NCBI GenBank assembly: GCA_001789445.1
Contig: MFZQ01000013.1
Coordinates: 4,596 to 68,595, forward strand
Source of the DNA: Candidatus Roizmanbacteria bacterium RIFCSPHIGHO2_02_FULL_40_13b
GTDB lineage: Bacteria; Patescibacteriota; Microgenomatia; UBA1406; HO2-37-13b
Length of the DNA: 64,000 bases
Direction: 5' to 3'
A model generated the notes under the pieces. That model ran no database searches and was not told where the DNA came from. It was given only the letters and a program-made list of their open reading frames with translations. Both the position numbers and the translations under genes were made by a program. Positions 9,013-17,818 of this stretch are shown here, piece after piece. How positions within the stretch are numbered: position 1 is the first letter of the stretch; each line of letters begins with the position of its first letter.

Positions 9013-10365
9013 ATGCAGGATAAAAAAAAGACCGCAGAGCCCGCCGACTCATATTTCGGAGAGGATGCGCATCCGATCGTTATAGAACCCATATCTGTTG
9101 AAAATACAGTCACGGATTCTTCATTTAATAATATTCCGCCACAAAAAATGGCTACAACGGAAGAAATTCCAGAGACTGTTTCTGAACCAACTCCAGATGT
9201 GATTGCAGTTGATAGCAATGATCTGGGCGAGCGAATCAAAGATGACTTGAAAATGGCATTTCCAGGTAGTGGGGTGCTTGAAATTACCTACAATGGCTTT
9301 GGTTTTTTGCGCCCAAAATTCACGCCTACAAACGATGACATTTACGTTTCCCAGTCACAAATTCGAAAATTTTGGCTGAGAGCAGGGGACTTTGTGGAAG
9401 GCCTCGTGCGACCACCAAAGCAAAATGAGAAATTTCACGGACTTCTCAAAATCGAAAAGATCAATGGGAAAGAGATGACAGATATGGAAAGCTATAAGCG
9501 ACCACGATTTGACGACCTTACCTCTCTCTATCCGGACCGCCAAATAGTTCTGGAAACAGAAAGCGATGTTATGTCCACACGCATCATGGATCTTATCTCG
9601 CCGGTTGGATTTGGACAGCGCGGAATGATCGTATCGCCTCCAAAAGCAGGGAAGACCACGATTCTCAAAAATATTGCGAACGGTATTACCACGAATTACC
9701 CAGAGGCGCACCTCATCGCTATTCTTATCGGAGAACGGCCAGAAGAAGTGACGGACCTTACCCGCTCGATTAAAGCGGAAGTTGTTGCATCCCACTTTGA
9801 CGAGTCTCCCCGAGAACAAATTCGGGCGGCAGAAATTGCACTTGAACGGGCAAAGCGGCTTGTTGAAATGGGTCGCGACGTCATCATTCTTCTTGATTCC
9901 GTCACGCGCTTAGCTCGAGCCTACAACTTTTCAGTTGAAACATCTGGTCGAACCCTTTCTGGGGGATTTGACCCGGCCGCACTCTACCCAGCTAAAAAGT
10001 TCTTGGGAGCGGCGCGAAATTGTGAAGAAGGCGGAAGTCTCACGATTCTGGGAACGGCACTTGTCAACACAGAATCACGCATGGATGACCTTATTTATGA
10101 GGAGTTCAAAGGAACGGGAAATATGGAAATTCATCTGGATCGCAAGTACGCTGAACAGCGCATTTATCCAGCTTTTGATATTCAAAAATCAGGCACCCGC
10201 CATGATGAGCTCCTTCTTTCCAAAGAAGTGATGGAGAAAGTTGCCATGCTTCGCCGCATGTTGGCGCTTCTTTCAGACGATGAGCGCCTCACGATGCTCA
10301 CTGATAAGCTTGCGAAGAGCAAAACGAATAAGGCGTTTTTGGAGGGATTGAAGAATTTGAAATAA
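9013..10365 (+). CDS. rho: transcription termination factor Rho
   Basis: Motifs GFGFLR, DIYVSQSQIR, PVGFGQRGMIVSPPKAGKT, ERPEEVTD, DSVTRLARAYN and EEFKGTGNME. Confidence 0.97.
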   Translation: MQDKKKTAEPADSYFGEDAHPIVIEPISVENTVTDSSFNNIPPQKMATTEEIPETVSEPTPDVIAVDSNDLGERIKDDLKMAFPGSGVLEITYNGFGFLRPKFTPTNDDIYVSQSQIRKFWLRAGDFVEGLVRPPKQNEKFHGLLKIEKINGKEMTDMESYKRPRFDDLTSLYPDRQIVLETESDVMSTRIMDLISPVGFGQRGMIVSPPKAGKTTILKNIANGITTNYPEAHLIAILIGERPEEVTDLTRSIKAEVVASHFDESPREQIRAAEIALERAKRLVEMGRDVIILLDSVTRLARAYNFSVETSGRTLSGGFDPAALYPAKKFLGAARNCEEGGSLTILGTALVNTESRMDDLIYEEFKGTGNMEIHLDRKYAEQRIYPAFDIQKSGTRHDELLLSKEVMEKVAMLRRMLALLSDDERLTMLTDKLAKSKTNKAFLEGLKNLK

Positions 10366-10387
10366 CACTGTCATCGTACGGAACAGT

Positions 10388-10500
10388 TGTCATCCCCGAC
10401 CTGATCGGCCTTGCCTGCCGGCAGGCAGGGGATCCATTTGAATAGATTCCCGCCTCCGCGGGAATGACAATAATGTCATCCCGAACTTGTTTCGGGATCC
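10388..10500. repeat. REP dimer with nested CCTTGCCTGCCGGCAGGCAGG insert, plus an extra REP
   Basis: Same dimer as 968/2511 with a 21-nt palindrome at 10409-10429; TGTCATCCCGAACTTGTTTCGGGATCC at 10474. Confidence 0.9.
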
Positions 10501-10744
10501 CACACGATCCTCACATCCCATAATATTCATGTTATAATCAGCATAGTAGTTTTTGAAGAAAAATTAGTTCGTGCACATGACTTTGCGCGCACGAATACTC
10601 GTTTTTCACCCTGAAACACGTTGCTCTTTGACATTTTGCGGAAAACAACTGGCGCTTTTGCCAAACCCACACGTGGCTGAACCAGCTTCAGAATACCAGA
10701 GCAATCCGGCTCACAACCTAACCATCCACATAGGAGGACACAAA

Positions 10745-11104
10745 GTGACATACGAAGAGGTAACAAAGACCATCGTTCTCGTCTGGGCAATCCTGATTAT
10801 TACGATCGCTTTCTTTGCCTTCCCGCCAGGAGTGGTGGTGAATATGGTGGTCACGTTGTTGATGTTTGTCAACGTGATCTTCCTCGTTCGCAGAATGCAA
10901 ACGCACGTGCCGTCAACCGAGCTGGCCAAGGCGTACTTGGTCTGTGTTAACCTTGTGGGAACTCTTATTGGGCTGTTGTCCATCACGAAGTTTTCACGGG
11001 TGACAGCAGAGGTTTTCACAGCGATCATGTTGATCATCCTTGGCCGTGCCGTCCAGCGCATATTCATCCCTGCAGTTCCACCTGACAAGGAGAAAACGAC
11101 GTGA
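10745..11104 (+). CDS. hypothetical 4-TM membrane protein
   Basis: AGGAGG SD before GTG at 10745; hydrophobic helices. Confidence 0.6.
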   Translation: MTYEEVTKTIVLVWAILIITIAFFAFPPGVVVNMVVTLLMFVNVIFLVRRMQTHVPSTELAKAYLVCVNLVGTLIGLLSITKFSRVTAEVFTAIMLIILGRAVQRIFIPAVPPDKEKTT

Positions 11105-11406
11105 GCGCACGAGAGATACAAGATGTCTCGATCCTGGTTGGACTGATCACGTCGACCTGGGTCTTCTTTTTCGCCCTGTTTAATCTCATCTCGATCTGGG
11201 ATGGGGAACGGTTTTTTACTAGGAAGGAGAAGATGTTGACGACCACTTTATGGATCGTCATGCTGGCGATTGATATCTTCAAACCCTGGAAGCCGGGTTT
11301 GTCATGGGCCCAATGGTTGAGCACAGATTTACTGGCGATAATCGCTATCCTACTGATGAGATCGGTACCCAGTGGGTCAAGCGAACAGCCAGAGGGGCCG
11401 TTGTAA
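11101..11406 (+). CDS. hypothetical membrane protein
   Basis: GTGA overlap with the upstream gene; 3 TM helices. Confidence 0.6.
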   Translation: MSAREIQDVSILVGLITSTWVFFFALFNLISIWDGERFFTRKEKMLTTTLWIVMLAIDIFKPWKPGLSWAQWLSTDLLAIIAILLMRSVPSGSSEQPEGPL

Positions 11407-11461
11407 GGATCTAGAGCGGGGAAGTTTTCCGTGAACTAAATATGCTTGTCGAAGAGCAAAG

Positions 11462-11532
11462 GGGCACCGGCGAGGTGTGAATGATGACGAATTCGTTCGT
11501 CTAAAAAAATCATTCATGTCTTTCCGGTGCCC
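11462..11532. other. long imperfect hairpin
   Basis: GGGCACCGG/CCGGTGCCC, TGAATGAT/ATCATTCA and GACGAA-TTCG-TTCGTC. Confidence 0.55.
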
Positions 11533-11604
11533 AGTTGCTTTATATGCATATACTAGGAGATAGTATATTTGGTGATTATACTGTTACCCAGTATGTGTAA
11601 TTCT

Positions 11605-11791
11605 GGATTCCCGCCTCCGCGGGAATGACAATAATGTCATCCTGGAACGGAGGCTGAAGGCCGCAGTGATAGGATCCCAGGTTTGAGATTCTATCGTCCC
11701 GCTCTGCGGGACTCGAAACAGGTATCTACGCTCCTTCTCCCATACTCCCAAACCTTCTCTCCCGACCTCCCATACCCCCAAACTCCCATAC
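11605..11791. repeat. REP cluster, chimeric family-B end and CTCCCA(T/A)A octamer repeats
   Basis: GATTCCCGCCTCCGCGGGAATGACA, TGTCATCCTGGAA..GATAGGATCC, ..CGAAACAGGTATCTACGC, then CTCCCATACTCCCAAA. Confidence 0.8.
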
Positions 11792-11838
11792 TTAACTCTT
11801 GACAAATATTTATCACATACTCTATACTACATGGTAGT

Positions 11839-13179
11839 ATGGATCCTTTTAAAAATGCACTCTCATTCCTAGACGATATAAGCTCATATCTTTCACCCGC
11901 CGATAAGCCCTATTTAGCCCGTCTTAAAAATCCAAACCATGTTCATAAGGATATACTCCAGGTGAGTATGGACGATGGCTCAAAGAAGGATTTTCCTGCC
12001 TTTCGTTCCCAACATAATAATGCACTTGGGCCGTACAAGGGCGGAATCCGCTTCCACCCCGGCGTGACAGAAGCCGAAATAAAAGCACTTTCATTGTGGA
12101 TGAGTTTAAAATGCTCCATTGCGGGCTTACCATATGGGGGTAGTAAAGGGGGGGTAATCGTTGACCCAAAAAAGCTATCAAAATCGGAGCTAGAATCGCT
12201 TTCTCGGGCGTATGCTCGCTTTCTGGCCCCACACATCGGGGAGCATGTGGATGTGCCAGCTCCGGACGTAAACACAAATCCCCAGATAATGGCATACTTG
12301 CTTGATGAATATGAAAAAGTGATCGGACACCACGCTCCAGGCGCCTTTACAGGTAAACCCTTGATACTTGGGGGGAGTATGGGAAGGGATAAAGCAACTG
12401 GATATGGAGGAGTGCTTGCCCTCAAATTCCTGATAGAAAAACTAAAATCAAAACATTCGGGCGGGTCACAGACCGCGCCCCTACATAAAGCTCCATCCTC
12501 TGATACTCCTACGTGGTATATGAAGCCTATTTCTCAAATAACCGTCGCCGTTCAGGGATTCGGGAATGTCGGCTACTTTTTTGCAAAGATTGCTTCAGAA
12601 CAGGGGTTTCGAGTCGTTGCGGTCTCTGATTCCAAAGGAGCTACATACCTGGAAACCGGCCTAGATCCAGTGGCGACAATGGAATGTAAGCGTCAGAAGG
12701 GGAGTTTGGCAGGGTGTTATTGTAAAGGAGGCGTGTGTGACCTCAAGGGAGGGACTATGATGTCAAATGAGGATCTTCTACAATTACCAGTAGACATACT
12801 TGTTCCAAGCGCACTTGAAAACGTCATCACCAAAGATAATACCTCCAAAATCAAAGCCTCTGTAATCGTTGAAATGGCAAATGGACCGATTACTTCAGAA
12901 GCCGATCATCTCCTTACTTCAAAGAATGTGTTGATAATACCTGACATTTACGCAAACTCCGGGGGAGTATCAGTATCCTATTTTGAATGGGTACAAAACC
13001 TGATGGGGTATTATTGGACGGAAGAAGAAGTGGACGAGAAACTCGAAGCGCTTATGAAAACGTCGTTTAATAAAATGTTTAAAAGAAGTGAAGAGGGTAC
13101 AATCTCTTTACGAAAGGCGGCGTATTTAGTTGCGGTTGAGCGAATTATTGAAGCAGAACGAATGAGGCGACCCTTATAA
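11839..13179 (+). CDS. gdhA: Glu/Leu/Phe/Val dehydrogenase (glutamate dehydrogenase)
   Basis: Motifs GPYKGGIRFHP, LPYGGSKGG, DVPAPDVNT, VQGFGNVG, EMANGP and NSGGVSVSYFEWVQN. Promoter TTGACA(11799)/TATACT(11823). Confidence 0.93.
   Translation: MDPFKNALSFLDDISSYLSPADKPYLARLKNPNHVHKDILQVSMDDGSKKDFPAFRSQHNNALGPYKGGIRFHPGVTEAEIKALSLWMSLKCSIAGLPYGGSKGGVIVDPKKLSKSELESLSRAYARFLAPHIGEHVDVPAPDVNTNPQIMAYLLDEYEKVIGHHAPGAFTGKPLILGGSMGRDKATGYGGVLALKFLIEKLKSKHSGGSQTAPLHKAPSSDTPTWYMKPISQITVAVQGFGNVGYFFAKIASEQGFRVVAVSDSKGATYLETGLDPVATMECKRQKGSLAGCYCKGGVCDLKGGTMMSNEDLLQLPVDILVPSALENVITKDNTSKIKASVIVEMANGPITSEADHLLTSKNVLIIPDIYANSGGVSVSYFEWVQNLMGYYWTEEEVDEKLEALMKTSFNKMFKRSEEGTISLRKAAYLVAVERIIEAERMRRPL
12459..12485 (-). 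repeat. GTAG-type REP in frame inside gdhA
   Basis: Reverse complement TGTAGGGGCGCGGTCTGTGACCCGCCC encodes GGSQTAPL in a non-conserved insertion. Confidence 0.7.
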
Positions 13180-13185
13180 TGAGAT

Positions 13186-13279
13186 ATTGAGCTCGATACG
13201 TTATTTCTCGCATCAAAGGGGCCCTCCCAATGGTGTGGGTATCCCAGTGATACTCGAAATAAGCGCATCATCGCTCAAT
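13186..13279. repeat. family-B ~90-bp hairpin element (inverted copy at 61118-61209)
   Basis: ATTGAGCTCGATACGTTATTTCTC..AAAGGGGCCCTC..CCCAGTGATACTCGAAATAAGCGCATCATCGCTCAAT. Confidence 0.85.
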
Positions 13280-13307
13280 ATAACCACTCGCCGTACGAGT
13301 AAAATGT

Positions 13308-13437
13308 TGTCATTCCCGCGGAGGCCGAAGGTCCCCTTCAGGGGGCGGGAATCTATGGATCCCCTGCCTGCCGGCAGGCAAGGCCGATCAGGTCGGGGAT
13401 GACACTAGTAACAATTTAACAATTTAACAATTTAACC
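13308..13437. repeat. REP dimer with two nested inserts followed by (AACAATTT)n
   Basis: GCCGAAGGTCCCCTTCAGGGG insert and CCTGCCTGCCGGCAGGCAAGG insert; three tandem AACAATTT. Confidence 0.88.
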
Positions 13438-13444
13438 AAACCAT

Positions 13445-13675
13445 ATGGCACAAACGAACATAGATAGTCGAATCAATCGGTTGGTGGGGCAAATAGAGGG
13501 GATTAGGCGCATGATTAATGGCGGGCGCGATTGTGAGGATGTTGTGCAACAAATTTTGGCAGCTCGGGAAGCACTTTCCAAAATTGGCCTCCTTGTTCTC
13601 AAGGAAGGAATTTGCAAAACCTCAAACGACCGAAAGTCAACCGAGGAAATTCTGGAAAAAGTATTTCGGATCTGA
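13445..13675 (+). CDS. CsoR/RcnR-family metal/sulfur-sensing repressor
   Basis: RINRLVGQIEGIRRMI....CEDVVQQILAAREAL. Confidence 0.88.
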   Translation: MAQTNIDSRINRLVGQIEGIRRMINGGRDCEDVVQQILAAREALSKIGLLVLKEGICKTSNDRKSTEEILEKVFRI

Positions 13676-13702
13676 AGACTGTGTTATAATGAACATTGCC
13701 GT

Positions 13703-14797
13703 ATGTTTTCTTGGTCAAATTTCTATTCTGAAATTGTTGAATTTACCCGATTTCTCATTACCTATTTTAAAGGACACTTCTTTGCATATGGAAATAGGTT
13801 CGAAAAAATAAAAGGCATTATTGTTGCACTCCTTGTTGTTAAACGAGGAAAGTACTCGCAGTCGTTCCTTAATACGTCCTTTTTCTTACTTTTAGGTGCT
13901 GCAATTATCGCCGGACCTGCTATTGCCCAAAATAACCCGTTTCTTGCCGACTATCTTAATCAGTCTGCGCCCATTGCTTCTGATAGTGTTATCGATATTG
14001 ATGTGTATTCTCAATCGACAAACACGGCGATTTCTCAAAAACCCCGAGATAGGATTATTGAATATGAAGTTAAAGGGGGAGACACCATAGATTCCGTCTC
14101 AAAAAAATTTGACATAAGCATTGATACGGTCAAATGGGAAAACTCATTGACATCAGATATTATTAAACCAGGCCAAAAGCTTCAAATTTTACCTGTTTCG
14201 GGAGTGGCTCATAAAGTAACTTCTGGGGAAACAATTTATTCAATTGCAAAGAAATATCATACGGATGCACAGGCGATCGTTAACTTTCCGTTTAACGACT
14301 ACTCTGATCCTGATACCTTCGCACTCAACTCTGGGCAAACTCTCTTCGTTCCAGGTGGAGAAATTCGAGCGGTAACCTCGCCAGGAGTAAGAACGCCAGG
14401 AGGTTTTTATAGCGGACCAATTACTGCTGGAAAAGGCAGTGGAAGCTTCATTTGGCCAACAAGCGGTGGAATTACCACATACCCTGTTTGGTACCATATG
14501 GGGGTTGACATTGCTAATTCATCGGCTCCAGCGATTATTGCTTCTGACGGTGGCACGGTCTCATATTCAGGATGTTTGGGTTGGGGATATGGATGTCACA
14601 TCATCATTGACCATGGAAATGGCTACCAATCCCTGTATGGCCATCTTTCACACTTATCTGTGAGTCCTGGCCAGGGAATTGGCCGTGGCCAACAAATCGG
14701 AGTCATGGGTTCAACAGGAAGATCCAGCGGTGTGCACTTGCATTTCGAGATACGTCAAAATGGAGTATTACTTAATCCCCTCAACTTCTTAAAGTAG
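13703..14797 (+). CDS. LysM x2 + M23 peptidase
   Basis: YEVKGGDTIDSVSKKF, HKVTSGETIYSIAKKY, HMGVD, YGHL and STGRSSGVHLHFEI. Confidence 0.92.
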   Translation: MFSWSNFYSEIVEFTRFLITYFKGHFFAYGNRFEKIKGIIVALLVVKRGKYSQSFLNTSFFLLLGAAIIAGPAIAQNNPFLADYLNQSAPIASDSVIDIDVYSQSTNTAISQKPRDRIIEYEVKGGDTIDSVSKKFDISIDTVKWENSLTSDIIKPGQKLQILPVSGVAHKVTSGETIYSIAKKYHTDAQAIVNFPFNDYSDPDTFALNSGQTLFVPGGEIRAVTSPGVRTPGGFYSGPITAGKGSGSFIWPTSGGITTYPVWYHMGVDIANSSAPAIIASDGGTVSYSGCLGWGYGCHIIIDHGNGYQSLYGHLSHLSVSPGQGIGRGQQIGVMGSTGRSSGVHLHFEIRQNGVLLNPLNFLK

Positions 14798-16774
14798 TTA
14801 CTCTACCGCTGCTTCTGGCGAGGCTTCCACAGGTAATTCAATCTTTGGAGAAACTACAGCTTCAGGTTTTGTTGGAAGGTTTAATTTACTCTCGCTTGAG
14901 GCTTCCTTTTCATCGGGAGAAACAGGAACCTGTACTTTCTCGGTTGCTTTCTTCAAGGTATCCTTAAACATGGCAAAATCAGCCGTTGCCTTCTGATAAT
15001 CGGCACTATTTTTATCTAGAGATCTAAATATGTCTTGCATAATAACAATGGCTTTTTCATATTCTTTATTTTGATAAAATGCCCATGCTAAGTTATATCG
15101 CGCGTTTGCCCAGTCCGACTTAAGCGTTAATGCTTGACTAAACATATTTGCTGCATTGGGGAATTGTTGTAGTGAATAATATACGCCTCCCAAGGCAAGT
15201 CGTAATTGTGGATTTACGGGATCAGCCAGAATTGCTCGTTCGTATGAAGAAATTGCCCATGAATCCGCGTCTTGTGCAACGTTTACCAAGTTGCGGTAAA
15301 TGAGCGCTAGATTTTCCCAGTTTGCTGACTTTTGAGGATTTAGGGCAACTGCCGCTTTTGCTTCTTGAATTGCAATCTGAATTGTCTGAGTAATATTTTG
15401 TCTATCTTGTTGGCTTAAATTGTCCTTTCTTTGTAGCGCAATACTGTTTGCAATGAGTAAATTTACTTGGGCAAATGTTGTGTGATACTTTTCTATACTT
15501 GGATTAAGCAAGATTGCTTGTTGTTGTGGTCGGTAAATTGGATCAATAACTCCCTTAGGAAGTGCGTCAAGTGATTTTTTGAAATAGTATTCGCCCAAGT
15601 AATTGCGAACAAATCCGTACGATACGCTTGGAATAGTAATTGCGGCGAGGAATAAAATTGTCAAATAGAGTGGAAGGTTGTGTGCAAGATCTACTACCCA
15701 TGCTTTGCTTTCAACTCGGGACGAAATGATTCCCAGATACACGACTGACAAAAATAATACAGGTAGCGTAGGAGGAAATAATAAAAGAACAAGTACCAGA
15801 TATATTCCCGAAGCAGTTAATACGGAAGCATACTCATCTTTATTTTTAATTAGTTTTTTAAGCGTTAATCCTGTCTGTGTAAATATGAATAAAATAATGG
15901 CAAAACCGACAAGTCCCATTTCAGTCCAGATATGCAGAATGGCGCTTCTGCTGGTGGCGAAGTTCACGTTCCAATACGTTGAAGTATTATACGTTTCTGT
16001 TTTAGCCTTCGTAAATTGGCTGGAAAAATTATCGATTCCAGCTCCAAATACTGCTGTTTCCGGTTTTTTTAGTGTTTCAACAGCAGAAAGCCAGGAAGTA
16101 TCAACAGGAGGAAGGGTAATTAAATGATTTTTTACTGTGTAAAATCCATTTATCACAATTGCAATCAAACAGATTGCACCGATTCCAAGTAGTACCACAT
16201 TTCTACCCTTTTTTTTGAAAATTTCAAATATACCAACAATAGCAAAAAAAGAAACGTAGAGCATAAGATCTAAACTTGAACCGATGGGGGTAAATGTTGG
16301 TGACTTTAGGAATGTAAATACAGGCGGAAGTGTGTATGTTGCAAACGGATTTGTAAGAAAGATAAGTGAGAGGAACGAAATAATTCCGGCGCCAATAGCG
16401 AGCGCCATAAAGTTTGGCTTGTTGTTTTTGACAAAAAGGTATATCAAGACTAAAACAAGTACCGCAACGGGGCCAAACGGAAGTACGTTTATGGCTCCAA
16501 CTTTATTTGGAGTCGTGATTATCGTGGTAAGAATAGTTGATACAAGAAGTAAAAGTACAGACGTATCAAGAAGTGTATGGGAAATCGTCAGTTTTCTTTG
16601 AATGACGAATTTGATGAGAAGTGCTCCTACCAGTAAAATAATGAAAAATACGGTAAGTGCAAATTTGTTCAGACCGAATGCGTCTTGAGTGATAGGAAGG
16701 AAGAAGAGGGGAAACAGCACAAATAGTGCCTGAATAAGAAACATCTTTACTTTTTCAATTGCTTGTATGTTCAT
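14798..16774 (-). CDS. O-antigen-ligase-like multi-TM protein with C-terminal TPRs
   Basis: Many TM helices, FGAGIDNF..F, LHIWTEMGLVG and TPR repeats. Confidence 0.75.
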   Translation of the reverse strand: MNIQAIEKVKMFLIQALFVLFPLFFLPITQDAFGLNKFALTVFFIILLVGALLIKFVIQRKLTISHTLLDTSVLLLLVSTILTTIITTPNKVGAINVLPFGPVAVLVLVLIYLFVKNNKPNFMALAIGAGIISFLSLIFLTNPFATYTLPPVFTFLKSPTFTPIGSSLDLMLYVSFFAIVGIFEIFKKKGRNVVLLGIGAICLIAIVINGFYTVKNHLITLPPVDTSWLSAVETLKKPETAVFGAGIDNFSSQFTKAKTETYNTSTYWNVNFATSRSAILHIWTEMGLVGFAIILFIFTQTGLTLKKLIKNKDEYASVLTASGIYLVLVLLLFPPTLPVLFLSVVYLGIISSRVESKAWVVDLAHNLPLYLTILFLAAITIPSVSYGFVRNYLGEYYFKKSLDALPKGVIDPIYRPQQQAILLNPSIEKYHTTFAQVNLLIANSIALQRKDNLSQQDRQNITQTIQIAIQEAKAAVALNPQKSANWENLALIYRNLVNVAQDADSWAISSYERAILADPVNPQLRLALGGVYYSLQQFPNAANMFSQALTLKSDWANARYNLAWAFYQNKEYEKAIVIMQDIFRSLDKNSADYQKATADFAMFKDTLKKATEKVQVPVSPDEKEASSESKLNLPTKPEAVVSPKIELPVEASPEAAVE

Positions 16775-17019
16775 ACATTCTACAGTGTAGAATTATTTTT
16801 TTTATAAATCAAGAAGGAAGATGACATCCTATGAATCTTATAGTATACTATCCTCGAAAATCAGCTATATTTCACGAAAGCCGTGGTAAACCGTAGCTTA
16901 TTAGCACGCACGTTGACAGCAAGGAGGAGAAAAAAATCGAATAGTGAAAGGAATGAGAACGGAAGGGCGCAATTTTGCGCGAAGATGGACTCTGAAAAGA
17001 GAGAAAGGACTTACCGGCA

Positions 17020-17218
17020 ATGAGCCGCGAGTTATTCGACAGACTTATCAATAACATCTGCAGGGGGGGACGCTGGTCTCTTCGGCACGATGCACTTTCG
17101 CCTCGAGGACACGGTTTACCCGAACGAACTTGCTGGGTACCTGGCCAGGCTGAAGCCACTCGGGTACAGTCTAGGGTACGATCCAGACGGCGTGCTTGTT
17201 CTCAAGCATGAACCCTAA
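17020..17218 (+). pseudogene. possible frameshifted paralog of 17303-17524 (G7 tract)
   Basis: Removing one G from the run at 17063-17069 joins MSRELFDRLINNICRG to DAGLFGTMHFRLEDTVYPNELAGYLARLKPLGYSL. Confidence 0.35.
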
Positions 17219-17302
17219 CAACTAACCCCGCACCGCACCCAGACCGAGGCGTAAGCCGAGGTCACCACATCGGTCTCAAAGCCGGGAAGGACGAGTAGTT
17301 CA

Positions 17303-17524
17303 ATGGAGATTACACTCGAAGAATTGGTTGAGGCGATCTGTAGTCGTCGAATCAAGTCTTTCGACAGCATCGAAGCAGGTCCGTTCGAAGACTTGAATCC
17401 AGAGATGGTAGAGACCTTCAGACTGATGCTGAAGGAAAAGGGTTACACTCTCTGGCAGGGTAACGAAGAACACGCCCCAAAGATCGTGATGATCGCAAGG
17501 ACAGGTTATCGGAGAGGCTTGTAG
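17303..17524 (+). CDS. small hypothetical protein
   Basis: 73-aa ORF with protein-like composition. Confidence 0.55.
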   Translation: MEITLEELVEAICSRRIKSFDSIEAGPFEDLNPEMVETFRLMLKEKGYTLWQGNEEHAPKIVMIARTGYRRGL

Positions 17525-17682
17525 TTGGAACGGAGATGGGCGCGCATGTGGCCGCCAGAAGAGGACAGGCTTTGCCTGACACCGTTCTGGCGGCCCAAGC
17601 GCCTCTAACCCCAAACTCCCACACTCCCAAACTACTTCTTTTCCACTTTTCTCCTCCTTGCACACACTTAAAAATAAAATAG

Positions 17683-17806
17683 AGATTCTATCACCCCGCC
17701 ATGCGGGGTTCCAGAATGACAGTATTGTCATTCCCGCGGAGGCGGGAATCTAATTGAATGGATCCCCTGCCTGCCGGCAGGCAAGGCCGATCAGGTCGGG
17801 GATGAC
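17683..17806. repeat. REP cluster with nested 21-bp palindrome
   Basis: GATTCTATCACCCCGCCATGCGGGGTTCCAGAATGACA plus a dimer containing CCTGCCTGCCGGCAGGCAAGG. Confidence 0.88.
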
Positions 17807-17818
17807 AACAGCGTCGTC

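Noticed and set aside
13187..13402. Short ORFs with LSFPRRRES / LPAGRQ / VIPA peptides (also 6197, 8562, 11584, 32272, 38934, 60947)
   Set aside because: These are translations of intergenic repeats, not genes.
16985..17218. UGA read-through ORF (recoded genetic code)
   Set aside because: Conserved genes in the window (nusG, trpS, tatC) end in TGA and none needs an internal UGA, so the standard code applies.
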